In this document: positions 7,830 through 17,221 of the stretch, piece after piece
Numbering within the stretch: position 1 is the first letter of the stretch
Layout of the letters: every line of letters begins with the position of its first letter
The notes under the pieces: generated by a model
Database searches by the model: none
The model's input: only the letters and a program-made list of their open reading frames with translations
What the model was told of the DNA's origin: nothing
DNA from: Elusimicrobiota bacterium
Lineage (GTDB): Bacteria; Elusimicrobiota; Elusimicrobia; UBA1565
Assembly: GCA_043819795.1 (NCBI GenBank)
Contig: JBDREN010000012.1
Location: 1 to 32,795, forward strand
DNA: 32,795 bases
Reading direction: 5' to 3'
Position numbers and translations under genes: made by a program

Positions 7830-9581
7830 ATGCATCAGAAGCAGATGCGGCTGGGAGACATCCTGCTGCAGGCGGGGGTGATCAACCAGGAACAGCTTAA
7901 CCAGGCCCTCAAGGTATCCCAGCAGGCGAGCTGCCGGATCGGCGAGGCGGTCATAAAGCTCGGGTTCGCCACCGAGGAGACGATCGCCGTCTCGGTCTCG
8001 AAGCTCCTGGGCGTCCCGTACGCCTCCCGCGAGAACAAGATCCTGCGCCCCGAGAGGGGGCAGGGCCTGGAGAAGGTCGTCGACGAGCAGTTCGCGCGCG
8101 ACAACATGCTGCTGCCGCTCTTCCTTGACGAGAGCGTCCTGGCGGTGGCGATGGGCGAGCCCGATAACGTCCTCATCCTCGACAACCTGAAGCTGATGAC
8201 GGGCTTTGAGATCCAGCCGTTCATCTCGACGAAGGCGCAGATACTGAAGGCCATCGACGAGTTCTACGGCAGCTCGGGCTCGATCATCGACACTGTGATG
8301 GAGAAGTCCGCGGAGGGCGAGGAGGGGGACGACGGCGTCGAGGAGGTCGACGTCGGCGACGAGCGTCTCGACCTCGACAAGATGCGCACCAAGGCGCGCG
8401 GCGCCCAGGTCGTCTCGCTCGTCAACGCGATCTTGAAGCAGGCGATCGCGGAGCGCTGCTCCGACATCCATGTCGAGCGCTATGACGAGCGGGTCGTGCT
8501 GCGCTTCCGCATCCACGGAGTGCTCTACGAGCGTACGGCGCCCTCGAAGGAGGCCTTCGCGGCCGTCATCAGCCGCGTCAAGATCCTCGCGAAGCTCGAC
8601 ATCGCCGAGCGCCGCCTGCCGCAGGACGGGTCGTTTTCGCTGAAGGTGCAGAACCGCCTCATCGACATCCGCGTCTCGATCTGCCCGACCGTCTTCGGCG
8701 AGAAGGTCGTCATGCGCATCCTCGACAAGGGCGCCGTCGAGCTCAATATGGACAAGCTGGGCCTCGAGCCCCGGCAGCGAGAGGACTTTCTCAAGGCCGC
8801 CAATTCCCCGCACGGCCTCATCTTCCTCACGGGGCCGACGGGCTCCGGCAAGACGACGACGCTCTACACGGTCCTCAATACGATCAAATCCGCCGAGATG
8901 AATTTCATGACGATCGAGGATCCGGTGGAGTTCAAGCTGGAGGGAATCAATCAGGTCCAGGTGAAGTCGGGCATCGGCCTGACCTTCGCCTCGGCCCTTC
9001 GCTCGTTCCTCCGCCAGGACCCCGACGTCATCCTGGTCGGCGAGGTGCGCGACCAGGAGACGGCCACGACCTGCCTGCGCGCCGCCCTGACCGGACACCT
9101 GGTGCTCTCGACGCTCCACACCAACAGCGCTCTCGAGGCGGTCGTGCGCCTCATAGACATGGGTATCGAGCCCTTCATGCTGGCCTCGAGCCTGCGCCTG
9201 GTCGCGGCGCAGCGGCTCGTGCGGTCTTTATGCCCCGCCTGCAAGCAGCCCTACAAGCCGGATCAGGACGAGCTCTCCATGTGCCTGCGCGAGAGCCAGC
9301 TCGATCCCGCTCCCGACCCGAGCCAGGTCGTCTTCTTTAAGGCGAGGGGCTGCGACAAATGCTCGCGGACGGGCTACACGGGGCGCAAGGCGATCTACGA
9401 GGTGTTCAACGTCACGCGCAAGCTTCGCGATGGGATCTATAAGAAGAGCGGGGACATCGGGGCGCTGCAGCAGGTCGTCGCCGAGGAAGGGATGTGGGGC
9501 ATGCGCGCGAGCGGCTGGCGCAAGGTCCTCGAAGGGGTCACCTCGGCCGAGGAGGTGCTGTCGGTCACCATGGGCGAATGA
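7830..9581 (+). CDS. pilB: Type IV pilus / T2SS assembly ATPase (PilB/GspE) with MshEN-like N-terminus
   Basis: RLGDILL..G motif, SDIHVE, DIAERRLPQDG, Walker A GPTGSGKTTT, LRQDPDVILVGEVRD, TGHLVLSTLHTN, tetra-Cys Zn motif; SD AGGAG at 7818. Confidence 0.93.
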   Translation: MHQKQMRLGDILLQAGVINQEQLNQALKVSQQASCRIGEAVIKLGFATEETIAVSVSKLLGVPYASRENKILRPERGQGLEKVVDEQFARDNMLLPLFLDESVLAVAMGEPDNVLILDNLKLMTGFEIQPFISTKAQILKAIDEFYGSSGSIIDTVMEKSAEGEEGDDGVEEVDVGDERLDLDKMRTKARGAQVVSLVNAILKQAIAERCSDIHVERYDERVVLRFRIHGVLYERTAPSKEAFAAVISRVKILAKLDIAERRLPQDGSFSLKVQNRLIDIRVSICPTVFGEKVVMRILDKGAVELNMDKLGLEPRQREDFLKAANSPHGLIFLTGPTGSGKTTTLYTVLNTIKSAEMNFMTIEDPVEFKLEGINQVQVKSGIGLTFASALRSFLRQDPDVILVGEVRDQETATTCLRAALTGHLVLSTLHTNSALEAVVRLIDMGIEPFMLASSLRLVAAQRLVRSLCPACKQPYKPDQDELSMCLRESQLDPAPDPSQVVFFKARGCDKCSRTGYTGRKAIYEVFNVTRKLRDGIYKKSGDIGALQQVVAEEGMWGMRASGWRKVLEGVTSAEEVLSVTMGE

Positions 9582-9633
9582 TCCGTCTTAGCGAGGGCGT
9601 TTTCCCCCGTCGGACTCTCAAGCCCTGACCACT

Positions 9634-10851
9634 ATGGGAAGATTCATCTACACCGTCCAGGACAACAAGGGCGACACCACGACCGGCGCCCTTGAGGCCG
9701 GCGACGAGAACGAGGCGATCAACGCCCTCCAAGGCAAAGGATTCTTCATCCTTTCCATCCAGGCCGAGAAGGCCGCGGCGAGAGCGGGGGTCGGCAGTCT
9801 CCTGGGCGGCGGCAAGGTCGGAGGCCGGGACCTCGTGTTCTTCGGCGAGCAGCTGGCCACGCTCCTGAACGGCGGCGTTCCTCTGGTCCGCTCCCTGTCT
9901 CTGCTTGGAGAGCATTCCGAGAACGTTGCTCTCAAACGGGCCATCAGCACGGTCACCAAGGACGTCGCGAGCGGGGCGTCCCTTCACAAGGCTTTGGAGC
10001 GGCATCCGAAGGTGTTCGACACGCTGTGGGTGTCTCTGGTCCAGGCCGGAGAGATGGGCGGCCAGCTCCCGAAGGCCCTCAAGCAGATCGGGTCGTACCT
10101 TCAGTCCCAGGAGGAGCTGAAGGCGAAGGTCATCACGGCTCTCGCCTATCCGGCGGTCCTGTTCGTGATCTCGATGGGGGTCCTGATCTTCTTCATCGTC
10201 AAGATCGTGCCGACGTTCGCCGAGATATTCAAGAGCTTCGACCTCCAGCTTCCAATGATCACCAAGGTGATCATTGTCTTCTCCGAGCTGTTCGCGAACA
10301 ACCTGCTGGTCTTGGTGCTGGGGGTGTTCGGGTTTTCGTTCCTTTTGAAGGGCTACCTCGCGACGGAGGCCGGGCAGTACACCAAGGCGAAGTTCCTTTT
10401 CGCCCTCCCGTTCTTCGGGGCCTTCATCAAGAACATCCAGGTGGAGCGGCTGTTGACGACGCTCTCGACGCTGATCGAGAGCGGCGTGAGCATCCTCAAC
10501 GCGATCACGGTGCTGGAAGGGGTATTCGCGACCAACAAGATCTTCGCCTACGCGCTGAAGTCCGTGAAGAACGACGTGGCCACCGGGAAGTCCATCTCCG
10601 CGGCCTTCAAGAAGTCGGGGGTCTTCCCGCCGCTGGTGACGGAGATGATGTGGATGGGAGAGGAATCGGGCAAGCTTCCCGATATCCTCGGCACGCTGTC
10701 GACGTTTTATCGCGAGCAGGTGGACCAGTTCATCCGGCGCTTCACGGCCATCATCGACCCGATCATGATCGTCTTTATCGGGGGGATCGTGGGGCTTATC
10801 GTGCTTTCGATCTTCATGCCCATCTTCCAGCTGTCCCAGATCGGCACCTAG
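9634..10851 (+). CDS. pilC: Type IV pilus platform protein (PilC/GspF)
   Basis: QLATLLNGGVPL, GEMGGQL, ALAYPAV, GEESGKL, IDPIMIVFIGGIVG..IFMPIF. Confidence 0.93.
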   Translation: MGRFIYTVQDNKGDTTTGALEAGDENEAINALQGKGFFILSIQAEKAAARAGVGSLLGGGKVGGRDLVFFGEQLATLLNGGVPLVRSLSLLGEHSENVALKRAISTVTKDVASGASLHKALERHPKVFDTLWVSLVQAGEMGGQLPKALKQIGSYLQSQEELKAKVITALAYPAVLFVISMGVLIFFIVKIVPTFAEIFKSFDLQLPMITKVIIVFSELFANNLLVLVLGVFGFSFLLKGYLATEAGQYTKAKFLFALPFFGAFIKNIQVERLLTTLSTLIESGVSILNAITVLEGVFATNKIFAYALKSVKNDVATGKSISAAFKKSGVFPPLVTEMMWMGEESGKLPDILGTLSTFYREQVDQFIRRFTAIIDPIMIVFIGGIVGLIVLSIFMPIFQLSQIGT

Positions 10852-10861
10852 TAGTGTATCA

Positions 10862-12145
10862 CTAGTCTCCGCGCGGAGCGGCCGGGATCGTCAGCGTGAT
10901 CGTAGTCCCCCGGCCGGGGCCCTCGCTGTCGGCTTCTATGGTCCCGCCGTGCTTCTGGAGGATCCGGTAGGAGGCGGAGAGCCCGAGCCCCGAACCCGCC
11001 TTCCCTCCGCTCGTGAAGAACGGCTGAAATATCCGGGCCAAGTCCTCGCGCGCGATCCCGACGCCGTCGTCCCGGATCGTGACGGTATGCACGCGGCGCA
11101 GCCCCCCGGGGCTCCACCATGCGCTCCTTTCCGCGGCCGTCCGGGCCGAGACTTCGACGGTCCCGGCCTGGCCCGCCGCCTCGACGGCGTTCTGCAGGAC
11201 CGCGAGGATCGCTTCGTGGAGGAGGGATTGGTCGCCCTCCACCATCATCGCTTCCGGCAGGGCCGCGACCCGCTTCCGGATGCCGGGATGGCGGAGCTGC
11301 GGCTCGATGGACTTGATCGCGGAGAGCAGCGGCGTCCGGAGATCGAAGCGCGCGAAGACGATCTCCTCGATGCGGCCCAGGTCGAGGAGGTCCTTGAGGA
11401 TCGTCTTGCAGTGCTCGACCTGCTCCTGGATCTCGTCGAGCTCCCGGCGGGCCTCCGGGGAGATGCAGTGCCGGTGGCCGAGGACCTCGGCGTTGACGCG
11501 GATCGTGGTCAGGGGCCCCTTGATGCGGTGGGCCACCTCGCCGGCGACCTGGCCGAGCGTGGCCAGGCTTTCCACATGGATGAGCCGCTGCTGGTAGTGC
11601 CGCTGCTGCTGCTGCTGGGCCTGCTTCGTATCCTGGGAGAGGATGGCCAGCAGGAACGTGGTGATCCAGAGAAAGAGCAGGGGGAGCCAGAACTCGGTGT
11701 CGGGGGGGAGGGCGGAGATGAGGTTCCATGACGAGAGGATGTAGAGAAGAGACGTCACCGCCGCGATGACGAGGCCCTGCAGGAGGCTGCGCGTCAGGGC
11801 GGTCCCGAAGATGATGAGGGTGTAGAGGAGGAAGAAATCCAGATTCCGCTGGGCCCAGTGGAGCGTCAGGGACGCGAGCGCCGTGTCGCCGGCGAAAAGC
11901 CCCATCTGGAACCACCAGCGCTCGAGCGTGCGCTTGGGTGCCGTTTGCAGCAGGACCAGCGAGCCCGTCAGCACGACGAGCAGGAACCAGAATCGCGCCA
12001 CCCAGCCCTCGACCGCTTGATGATGGTAGAGGAAGAGCAGCAGCAGCACCGCCATGAGAAGGCCTTGGAAGGCGAAGTAGACGCCGCGCCGCTCGGACGA
12101 GCCCGCTTGCCGCGGCGATGGTCCGGCCTGGCTAAGCCCGCTCAT
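10862..12145 (-). CDS. Membrane-embedded sensor histidine kinase
   Basis: About 5-6 TM segments, then HisKA (VAHRIKGPL) and HATPase (NAVEA, DDGVGI, FQPFFT, GSGLGL). Confidence 0.88.
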   Translation of the reverse strand: MSGLSQAGPSPRQAGSSERRGVYFAFQGLLMAVLLLLFLYHHQAVEGWVARFWFLLVVLTGSLVLLQTAPKRTLERWWFQMGLFAGDTALASLTLHWAQRNLDFFLLYTLIIFGTALTRSLLQGLVIAAVTSLLYILSSWNLISALPPDTEFWLPLLFLWITTFLLAILSQDTKQAQQQQQRHYQQRLIHVESLATLGQVAGEVAHRIKGPLTTIRVNAEVLGHRHCISPEARRELDEIQEQVEHCKTILKDLLDLGRIEEIVFARFDLRTPLLSAIKSIEPQLRHPGIRKRVAALPEAMMVEGDQSLLHEAILAVLQNAVEAAGQAGTVEVSARTAAERSAWWSPGGLRRVHTVTIRDDGVGIAREDLARIFQPFFTSGGKAGSGLGLSASYRILQKHGGTIEADSEGPGRGTTITLTIPAAPRGD

Positions 12146-12830
12146 CGAGGGGGGAGAACCGATAGCCGAGCTTGGGGACCGTCTCGATCAGGCCGGCCCT
12201 GGCGGCCCCCAGCTTCTTGCGGATGTTCTTGATGTGGGTGTCGAGGCTGCGGGTCGGCAGCGGCATCCCGTAGGACGAGGAGTTCTCGATAAGATAGGAG
12301 CGGGTGAGCGTCTTGCCCGCGTGGGACGCCAGCAGGTAGAGGATCTCGAACTCCCTGGGGCGCAGCCGGAGCTCTTCGCCGTCGAGGCTCACCCGCCGTT
12401 CCGAGGGCTCCAGTCGCATGCCCGCGATCTCCAGGATGTTGCCGCCGGACGGTCCGGGCTGGTAGCGGCGCAGGACGGCGCGGATGCGCGCGAGGAGCTC
12501 CATGGCCCCGAAGGGCTTGACCAGATAGTCGTCGGCCCCGAAGTCGAGCCCCAGGACTTTGTCGGCCTCGCTGCCCAATCCGGTCAGGAATATGACGGGG
12601 ATCGTCTGCGTGGCGGCGTTGGCCTTGAGCTCCCGGAGGATCTGGCGTCCGTCGCCGCCCGGGAGGCGGATGTCGAGGAGGATGAGGTCCGGTTTGACGC
12701 GGATCGCGCTGGGCAGGGCCTTGGCGGGGTCCATGACGACCTCGGAGCGGCAGGCGCTGTCGAGGGTGAGCGTCTTCTGGATCGCCTCGATGATCCGGGC
12801 ATCGTCCTCGACGATCAGTATCAATGGCAC
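12132..12830 (-). CDS. OmpR/PhoB-family response regulator (start probably GTG 12830; alternative ATG 12839)
   Basis: Receiver domain (IVEDD, LLDIRLPGGDG, ADDYLVKPF) and winged helix (REFEILYLL, TRSLDTHIKNIRKKL, IETVPKLGYRF). Confidence 0.92.
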   Translation of the reverse strand: MPLILIVEDDARIIEAIQKTLTLDSACRSEVVMDPAKALPSAIRVKPDLILLDIRLPGGDGRQILRELKANAATQTIPVIFLTGLGSEADKVLGLDFGADDYLVKPFGAMELLARIRAVLRRYQPGPSGGNILEIAGMRLEPSERRVSLDGEELRLRPREFEILYLLASHAGKTLTRSYLIENSSSYGMPLPTRSLDTHIKNIRKKLGAARAGLIETVPKLGYRFSPLDERA

Positions 12831-12837
12831 GGACCGC

Positions 12838-12865
12838 ATTATATCAATTCACAAAACGTACACAA
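12838..12865 (-). promoter_or_regulatory. Extended -10 promoter of the regulator plus candidate OmpR/PhoB-type direct-repeat box
   Basis: TGaTATAAT on the minus strand, 7 nt before the GTG; CACAA-N6-CACAA (12850-12865, 11-bp period) over the -35 region. Confidence 0.5.
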
Positions 12866-12937
12866 CGATTCCTGGCAAAAGACAGGTGAAGAAAGTACAA
12901 TTCAGAGAAGAGCCGGTGGAACCGGCGCGGAGGAGAT

Positions 12938-13423
12938 ATGAAGAAACCTATTCAAGTCTCGGAGCGGGCGGCGGGTTTCACGCTGATCGAGCTCTTGGTC
13001 GTCGTCCTCATCATCGGCATCCTCGCTTCGATCGCCATCCCCCAGTACTTCAAGGTCGTGGAGCGCGCGCGCTTGGCCGAGGCCCAGTCCTTCATCTCGA
13101 CGATCAAGCAGGCTCAGGAGCGCTACCTGGCGAGACAGGGCAACTACGTGAAGACGAACAGCGACATTGATAAGCTCGACATCTCGTTCTCGGGCTCGAC
13201 TCCGTCTTATGGGATGAAGTACTTCAAGGTGGCCATGGGGGGCGGTTCGGCCACCGGGTGCCAGAGCGGCGACGCCTACTTCAACGTCGCGATGGCGCGG
13301 GTGACGACCAGCGCCGGGGTGGCTCCCCGCTACAACCCGAACTACCAGATACTCTACGAGCGGTGCACGGGCAAGTTCACCTACCTGAACTGCCCGAACT
13401 GCGGCAAGGACTTCGCGGACTGA
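12938..13423 (+). CDS. Type IV pilin 1 (probable major pilin)
   Basis: Prepilin site G|FTLIELLVVVLIIGILASIAIPQY with E5; SD GGAGGAG; 4 Cys in the C-terminal part. Confidence 0.92.
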   Translation: MKKPIQVSERAAGFTLIELLVVVLIIGILASIAIPQYFKVVERARLAEAQSFISTIKQAQERYLARQGNYVKTNSDIDKLDISFSGSTPSYGMKYFKVAMGGGSATGCQSGDAYFNVAMARVTTSAGVAPRYNPNYQILYERCTGKFTYLNCPNCGKDFAD

Positions 13424-13598
13424 TCGCGTCCGTCGACGGCGCGGGGGGCCGCCGAAAGGCCTCCCCGCCGGACTTGCCGGGGGCGGGACCCGATGCCGCG
13501 GGCCCCGGCAACGAATCCCCGGACCCGGGCCCTTCTTCGCGGGCGCGGGGCAGGGGGGGCGGCAGCCGGCCCGCGGCTTTCCGACCCCCCGGTTTCTG

Positions 13599-13618
13599 TA
13601 ACAATCTGTTAACAATCT
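13599..13618 (+). promoter_or_regulatory. Candidate OmpR/PhoB-type direct-repeat box
   Basis: TAACAATCT twice (13599-13607 and 13610-13618), 11-bp period, in the AT-rich patch upstream of the OmpA-pilMNOPQ operon. Confidence 0.5.
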
Positions 13619-13659
13619 CGAAATCACTCCACAATTCATTACGGTTAAATCTATTTAAG

Positions 13660-15579
13660 ATGAATCCGGAGGCTTCCGTGCGGGAAGCGGCTTGGCCTGC
13701 GCCGAGACGGGGCGGAGTTCATTCATGGCTTCGCGTCGCCGGCCGGGCGGCCCGCGGCCTGGGCCTGCTGGTCCTGTTCCTGGAGATGGGGCGGGGGGGC
13801 GCTCCGGCGCAGCAGGTGGCCGATGGTCCTGCGTACGAGAGCTTGAGCAATCAGATGAGGCTGGCGATCGATCTTTACGGGAAGGAGCGGGACATGGAGG
13901 CGATGGACCGCTTCATGGAGATCTTAGTGCAGGGCAGCGCGGCCGAGCGGACGATGGCCAACGAGTATCTGAACCTCATCACGCAGCGCATGGCGGGGGG
14001 AGGGAAGGTCGACCGGAAACCGCCCGTGGGCGCGGCGGCCGTCTCGGCTTCCCCGCCGGGCGCCCCCCGCCCCGATGCCGCCGGCGAGGAAGAGCCGGCG
14101 GCGCCCGTGCGGCGTCCGGCCGAGCCCGAGCCGCGAGAGGTCGAGGAGCGCCCCGCCCTCGCGGAGTCCCGGCTCTCCCGCTCCGATCGGGACCTGATGA
14201 AGAAGGAGATCGACGACAAGATCCGCAACCGGACGCGGGTGCTGCTGGGCCAGCTGCGGCGCTACGAGGATATCGTCGTGCATATGGCCAACTCCCAGCT
14301 GCCGCGGGCGATCGGGATCCCGTCGTCCGTGCTCTTCGATTCGGGGACCCGGTTCGTGAAGGGATCCGGCAAGATCCTCGACATCCTGGGCGACTTGGTC
14401 TTCGGTCTGGGGGCCACGCAGGTGGTCATCCTTCCCGAGAGCGCCTTGCTCGGCGAGTCGAAGATCCTCGACATGCGGCGGACGATGGGGATCAGCGCGC
14501 ATCTGACCAAAGCCGGACTCGCCCCGGCGCGCGTGCGGGTCAATCTGCTCAGCACGCAGGTGGACGTCCCGCAGCAGGTCAGGGACTTCAAGGGCGTCCT
14601 GCTGATCTTCGTGTACAACCAGCCGATGAAGCTGTCGTCCGAGGACGAGGTCGGGGCTGAATCGGGCCCCCCGCTCTCGCTCGGGGTCTCCCCCGGATCC
14701 CTCGATCCGAAGAAGGGGGAGGGGGTGATCATCGAGTTCTCCGTCGTGGAGCCCCCGACCGGGTTGATGTCCTGGCGCTTCCAGCTCCTCGGCCCGGGCG
14801 AGAGGGCCGGCGACGATCTTGTCGTGCTGCAGGAGGTAAAGGGCTCGGCGCCCGTTTACCACCAGATCTACTGGAACGGACGAAAGAGATACTTCGGCAA
14901 GGAGCTGCCGGCCGGCCGCTACGAGTGCCTGCTCACGGCGACGGACCTGAAGAACCGGACGCGGAAGAAGCGCGCGTGGATCGCGGTCGAGGGCAAGCCT
15001 TCCCGGATCGCCTCGAAGCCGGAGACGAAGCCGGAGTCGGGGCCGGGGCCGGAGCCCGGGGCGGTCCGGCCCCAAGTCGGGCGGAAGATCGTGACCGAGT
15101 CCTCGCCGGCCCCGAAGCTCAGGAGTGTGGAGATAGGGAAGGAAGCCCCCCGCAGGCGGCGGTCGCGCCGCCGCCCGCGCCGCGCCCAGAAGAAGGTCGC
15201 GGCGAAGACGCTCAGCTCTCCGCCGGCGGCCGCGCAGGCGGAGGGCAAGGAGCCCGCGGCTTCGGCTCGACGGGCGACCGTGACGAACTACCAGGTCGTG
15301 TTCGTGAGGAACACGAGCAACGTCACCTCCGAAGGGGAGCTCGTCATCGAGCGCGTCGACGAGGTGAGAAGGATGTATCCGCTTGCGAGGGCGGAACTCG
15401 TCGGTTATGCTAATACCGGCGAGCCGAACCCCGAAAGTCTGGCGCGCGACCGCGCGCGGCTGGTCTCGGACCGCCTCGAGGACCGCGGGATGAAGACCAA
15501 CCGGATCGACATAAGGACGCAGATAGTCGAGTTCGAGGCGGCCAAGGTCGAGATTTACATCGCCGCCGGGAAGCAATAG
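13660..15579 (+). CDS. Exported multidomain protein with OmpA-like domain(s) and an Ig/FlgD-like domain (start uncertain)
   Basis: Hydrophobic signal-like stretch, TPR-like helices, degenerate OmpA-like segment (IPSSVLFDSG..LAPARV), IYWNG..LPAGRYECLLTATD, and a C-terminal OmpA-like domain (LVGYAN..LARDRARLVSDRL..GMKTNRI). Confidence 0.65.
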   Translation: MNPEASVREAAWPAPRRGGVHSWLRVAGRAARGLGLLVLFLEMGRGGAPAQQVADGPAYESLSNQMRLAIDLYGKERDMEAMDRFMEILVQGSAAERTMANEYLNLITQRMAGGGKVDRKPPVGAAAVSASPPGAPRPDAAGEEEPAAPVRRPAEPEPREVEERPALAESRLSRSDRDLMKKEIDDKIRNRTRVLLGQLRRYEDIVVHMANSQLPRAIGIPSSVLFDSGTRFVKGSGKILDILGDLVFGLGATQVVILPESALLGESKILDMRRTMGISAHLTKAGLAPARVRVNLLSTQVDVPQQVRDFKGVLLIFVYNQPMKLSSEDEVGAESGPPLSLGVSPGSLDPKKGEGVIIEFSVVEPPTGLMSWRFQLLGPGERAGDDLVVLQEVKGSAPVYHQIYWNGRKRYFGKELPAGRYECLLTATDLKNRTRKKRAWIAVEGKPSRIASKPETKPESGPGPEPGAVRPQVGRKIVTESSPAPKLRSVEIGKEAPRRRRSRRRPRRAQKKVAAKTLSSPPAAAQAEGKEPAASARRATVTNYQVVFVRNTSNVTSEGELVIERVDEVRRMYPLARAELVGYANTGEPNPESLARDRARLVSDRLEDRGMKTNRIDIRTQIVEFEAAKVEIYIAAGKQ

Positions 15580-15589
15580 GGCTTCGAGC

Positions 15590-17221
15590 ATGGGATTGGC
15601 AGAGAACATCGAGCAGCTTTCCTTCGGGCGGTCCCTGCCGCGCATGGACTCGTGCCTCGGGCTCTTCCTCAGCCCGGAGTTGATATTCCTGACCGAGGTG
15701 AGGATGAAGGAGGGCCGGCCCGAGGTGTTGCACCTCTTGCGCCTGCCCGTGCCGGGCGAGGCCGCGTCCAAGCAGACCAAGGTCGTCGGCACGCTGAACA
15801 CGGATTTCCTCTCGGAGCCGGACAAGACCGTCGAGGTGCTGCAGAAGGCCATGTCCGATGTCAAGTGGCGCTCGAAGCACCTGATGGTCACTCTTTCCCA
15901 CCATTTCGGCATCCTTCGCTACTTCACGCTTCCCGCCATCGACCGGCGGTTCTGGAATACCGGGGTCCCGGTCGAGGCGAAGAAGTATATCCCCATCCCC
16001 TTCGACTCTCTCGACCACGACTTCCAGGTGCGGCCGGTGGCTCCGGGACCCGACAAAAGGCCGCGGCTTGGGTCGCTGTTCGGAGTGACGCACAAGAAGA
16101 ACCTGGTGGGCATACGGACTCTCGCCGGGAAGCTGGGGCTGACGTTGGTCGGCACCGAGATCGCTCCGTGCTCGGTGGAGCGCCTCTGGGATACGCTCGA
16201 AGCCGACGCGGAGAGCGCGCCTTACGCCCAGGTCCACTTCGACGGCGGCCACATCCGCATCCTGGTCTCGGAGGGGGGGCTGCCCATCTTCTTCCGCGAG
16301 GTGATCCTCCCGGAAGGCGCGAGCGTCATGGAACGCCGCAAGATCGACCTGCACGGGTGCATCGATTTCACGCGCAAGCAGCTTGGGGCGCCCGCGCCGG
16401 CGAACGTCAGGATCAGCGGGCAAGTCGCCGACCGGAAGGCCTGGCAGGCCGCTTTCGGCCAGGACACGGGCCAGGCGGTCGCCGTGCAGGAGACGGACCG
16501 GATGCTGGGCATCCGCGGGAGCCAGTGGGGCGCCTACGCCGCCATCGGCGCGGGGCTGCGCCATCTCGCAGCGACCCCGCTGACGCTCGACCTGAGCGCG
16601 GTCGGGAGGATCAACGATGAGGACCGGAGGGCCGCGACGGCGATTCTGGCGCTGTCGGCGGTCGTCGCCAGCGTGTTCCTGCTCCTGGGAGGCTATCGCT
16701 ACTCGATCGTCAACTATAAGGCGCGGGCCTTGTCCGGCTTGCAGCAGGAGACCGGGGTCTACGAGGTCTTCCGCGGCAAGACCGCTTCGGATATCGAGTC
16801 TATGATCATGGAGATGCGGGACAAGGCCAACTCGTTCGGCGCGCTCACCGCGCGGCAGATACCCTTGACGAAGATCCTCGAGGTGCTCGCCGAGAACATC
16901 CCGGACTCCGCCTGGATCAAGATGCTGAAATATGAGAACCCCCTGGCGATGGAGGGGCTCAAGACGCCGCGGACGCTCGCCATAGAGGGCAGCGTGGCCG
17001 ACCAGAGTCGCGCGATGGAGCAGGACATCGGCTACCGGTTCGAAGAGGGCCTGGGCAAGGATGCGCGCTTCAACGAGGCGTTTCCCGTCAGGCAGCCGAA
17101 CATCGATGTGCCGCGCGCCATGGAGGGCGAGGGGCTGCCCGGGCCGGGCGCCCCCAAGCAGGAGGTGAAGCCCACGGACTTCACGATCAAGTGCGCGAGC
17201 GCCAAGGAGGATAGAGGCTAG
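15590..17221 (+). CDS. Fused PilM-like + TM + PilN-like alignment protein (GspL-like architecture)
   Basis: PilM-like motifs (ILRYFTLP, EAKKYIPIPF..DF, PIFFREV), one TM helix, PilN-like LEVLAENIPDSAWIKML..LAIEG; lies before pilO. Confidence 0.72.
   Translation: MGLAENIEQLSFGRSLPRMDSCLGLFLSPELIFLTEVRMKEGRPEVLHLLRLPVPGEAASKQTKVVGTLNTDFLSEPDKTVEVLQKAMSDVKWRSKHLMVTLSHHFGILRYFTLPAIDRRFWNTGVPVEAKKYIPIPFDSLDHDFQVRPVAPGPDKRPRLGSLFGVTHKKNLVGIRTLAGKLGLTLVGTEIAPCSVERLWDTLEADAESAPYAQVHFDGGHIRILVSEGGLPIFFREVILPEGASVMERRKIDLHGCIDFTRKQLGAPAPANVRISGQVADRKAWQAAFGQDTGQAVAVQETDRMLGIRGSQWGAYAAIGAGLRHLAATPLTLDLSAVGRINDEDRRAATAILALSAVVASVFLLLGGYRYSIVNYKARALSGLQQETGVYEVFRGKTASDIESMIMEMRDKANSFGALTARQIPLTKILEVLAENIPDSAWIKMLKYENPLAMEGLKTPRTLAIEGSVADQSRAMEQDIGYRFEEGLGKDARFNEAFPVRQPNIDVPRAMEGEGLPGPGAPKQEVKPTDFTIKCASAKEDRG

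Noticed and set aside
10848..10865. CTAG-N10-CTAG between the convergent pilC and kinase stops as an excision footprint
   Set aside because: Both CTAGs are simply the two TAG stop codons; too short to support any claim.
12912..12926. Sigma54 promoter for pilin 1
   Set aside because: No convincing GG-N10-GC element with TGGCAC/TTGC context was found, and there is no NtrC-type regulator in the window.
13441..13590. Intrinsic terminator or riboswitch after pilin 1
   Set aside because: GC-rich hairpins are present (13441-13468), but there is no U tract and no recognisable aptamer consensus.
13258..13659. N-terminal extension of the 773-aa ORF
   Set aside because: It overlaps pilin 1 and crosses a hairpin-rich and AT-rich promoter-like region; ATG 13660 or later is more plausible.
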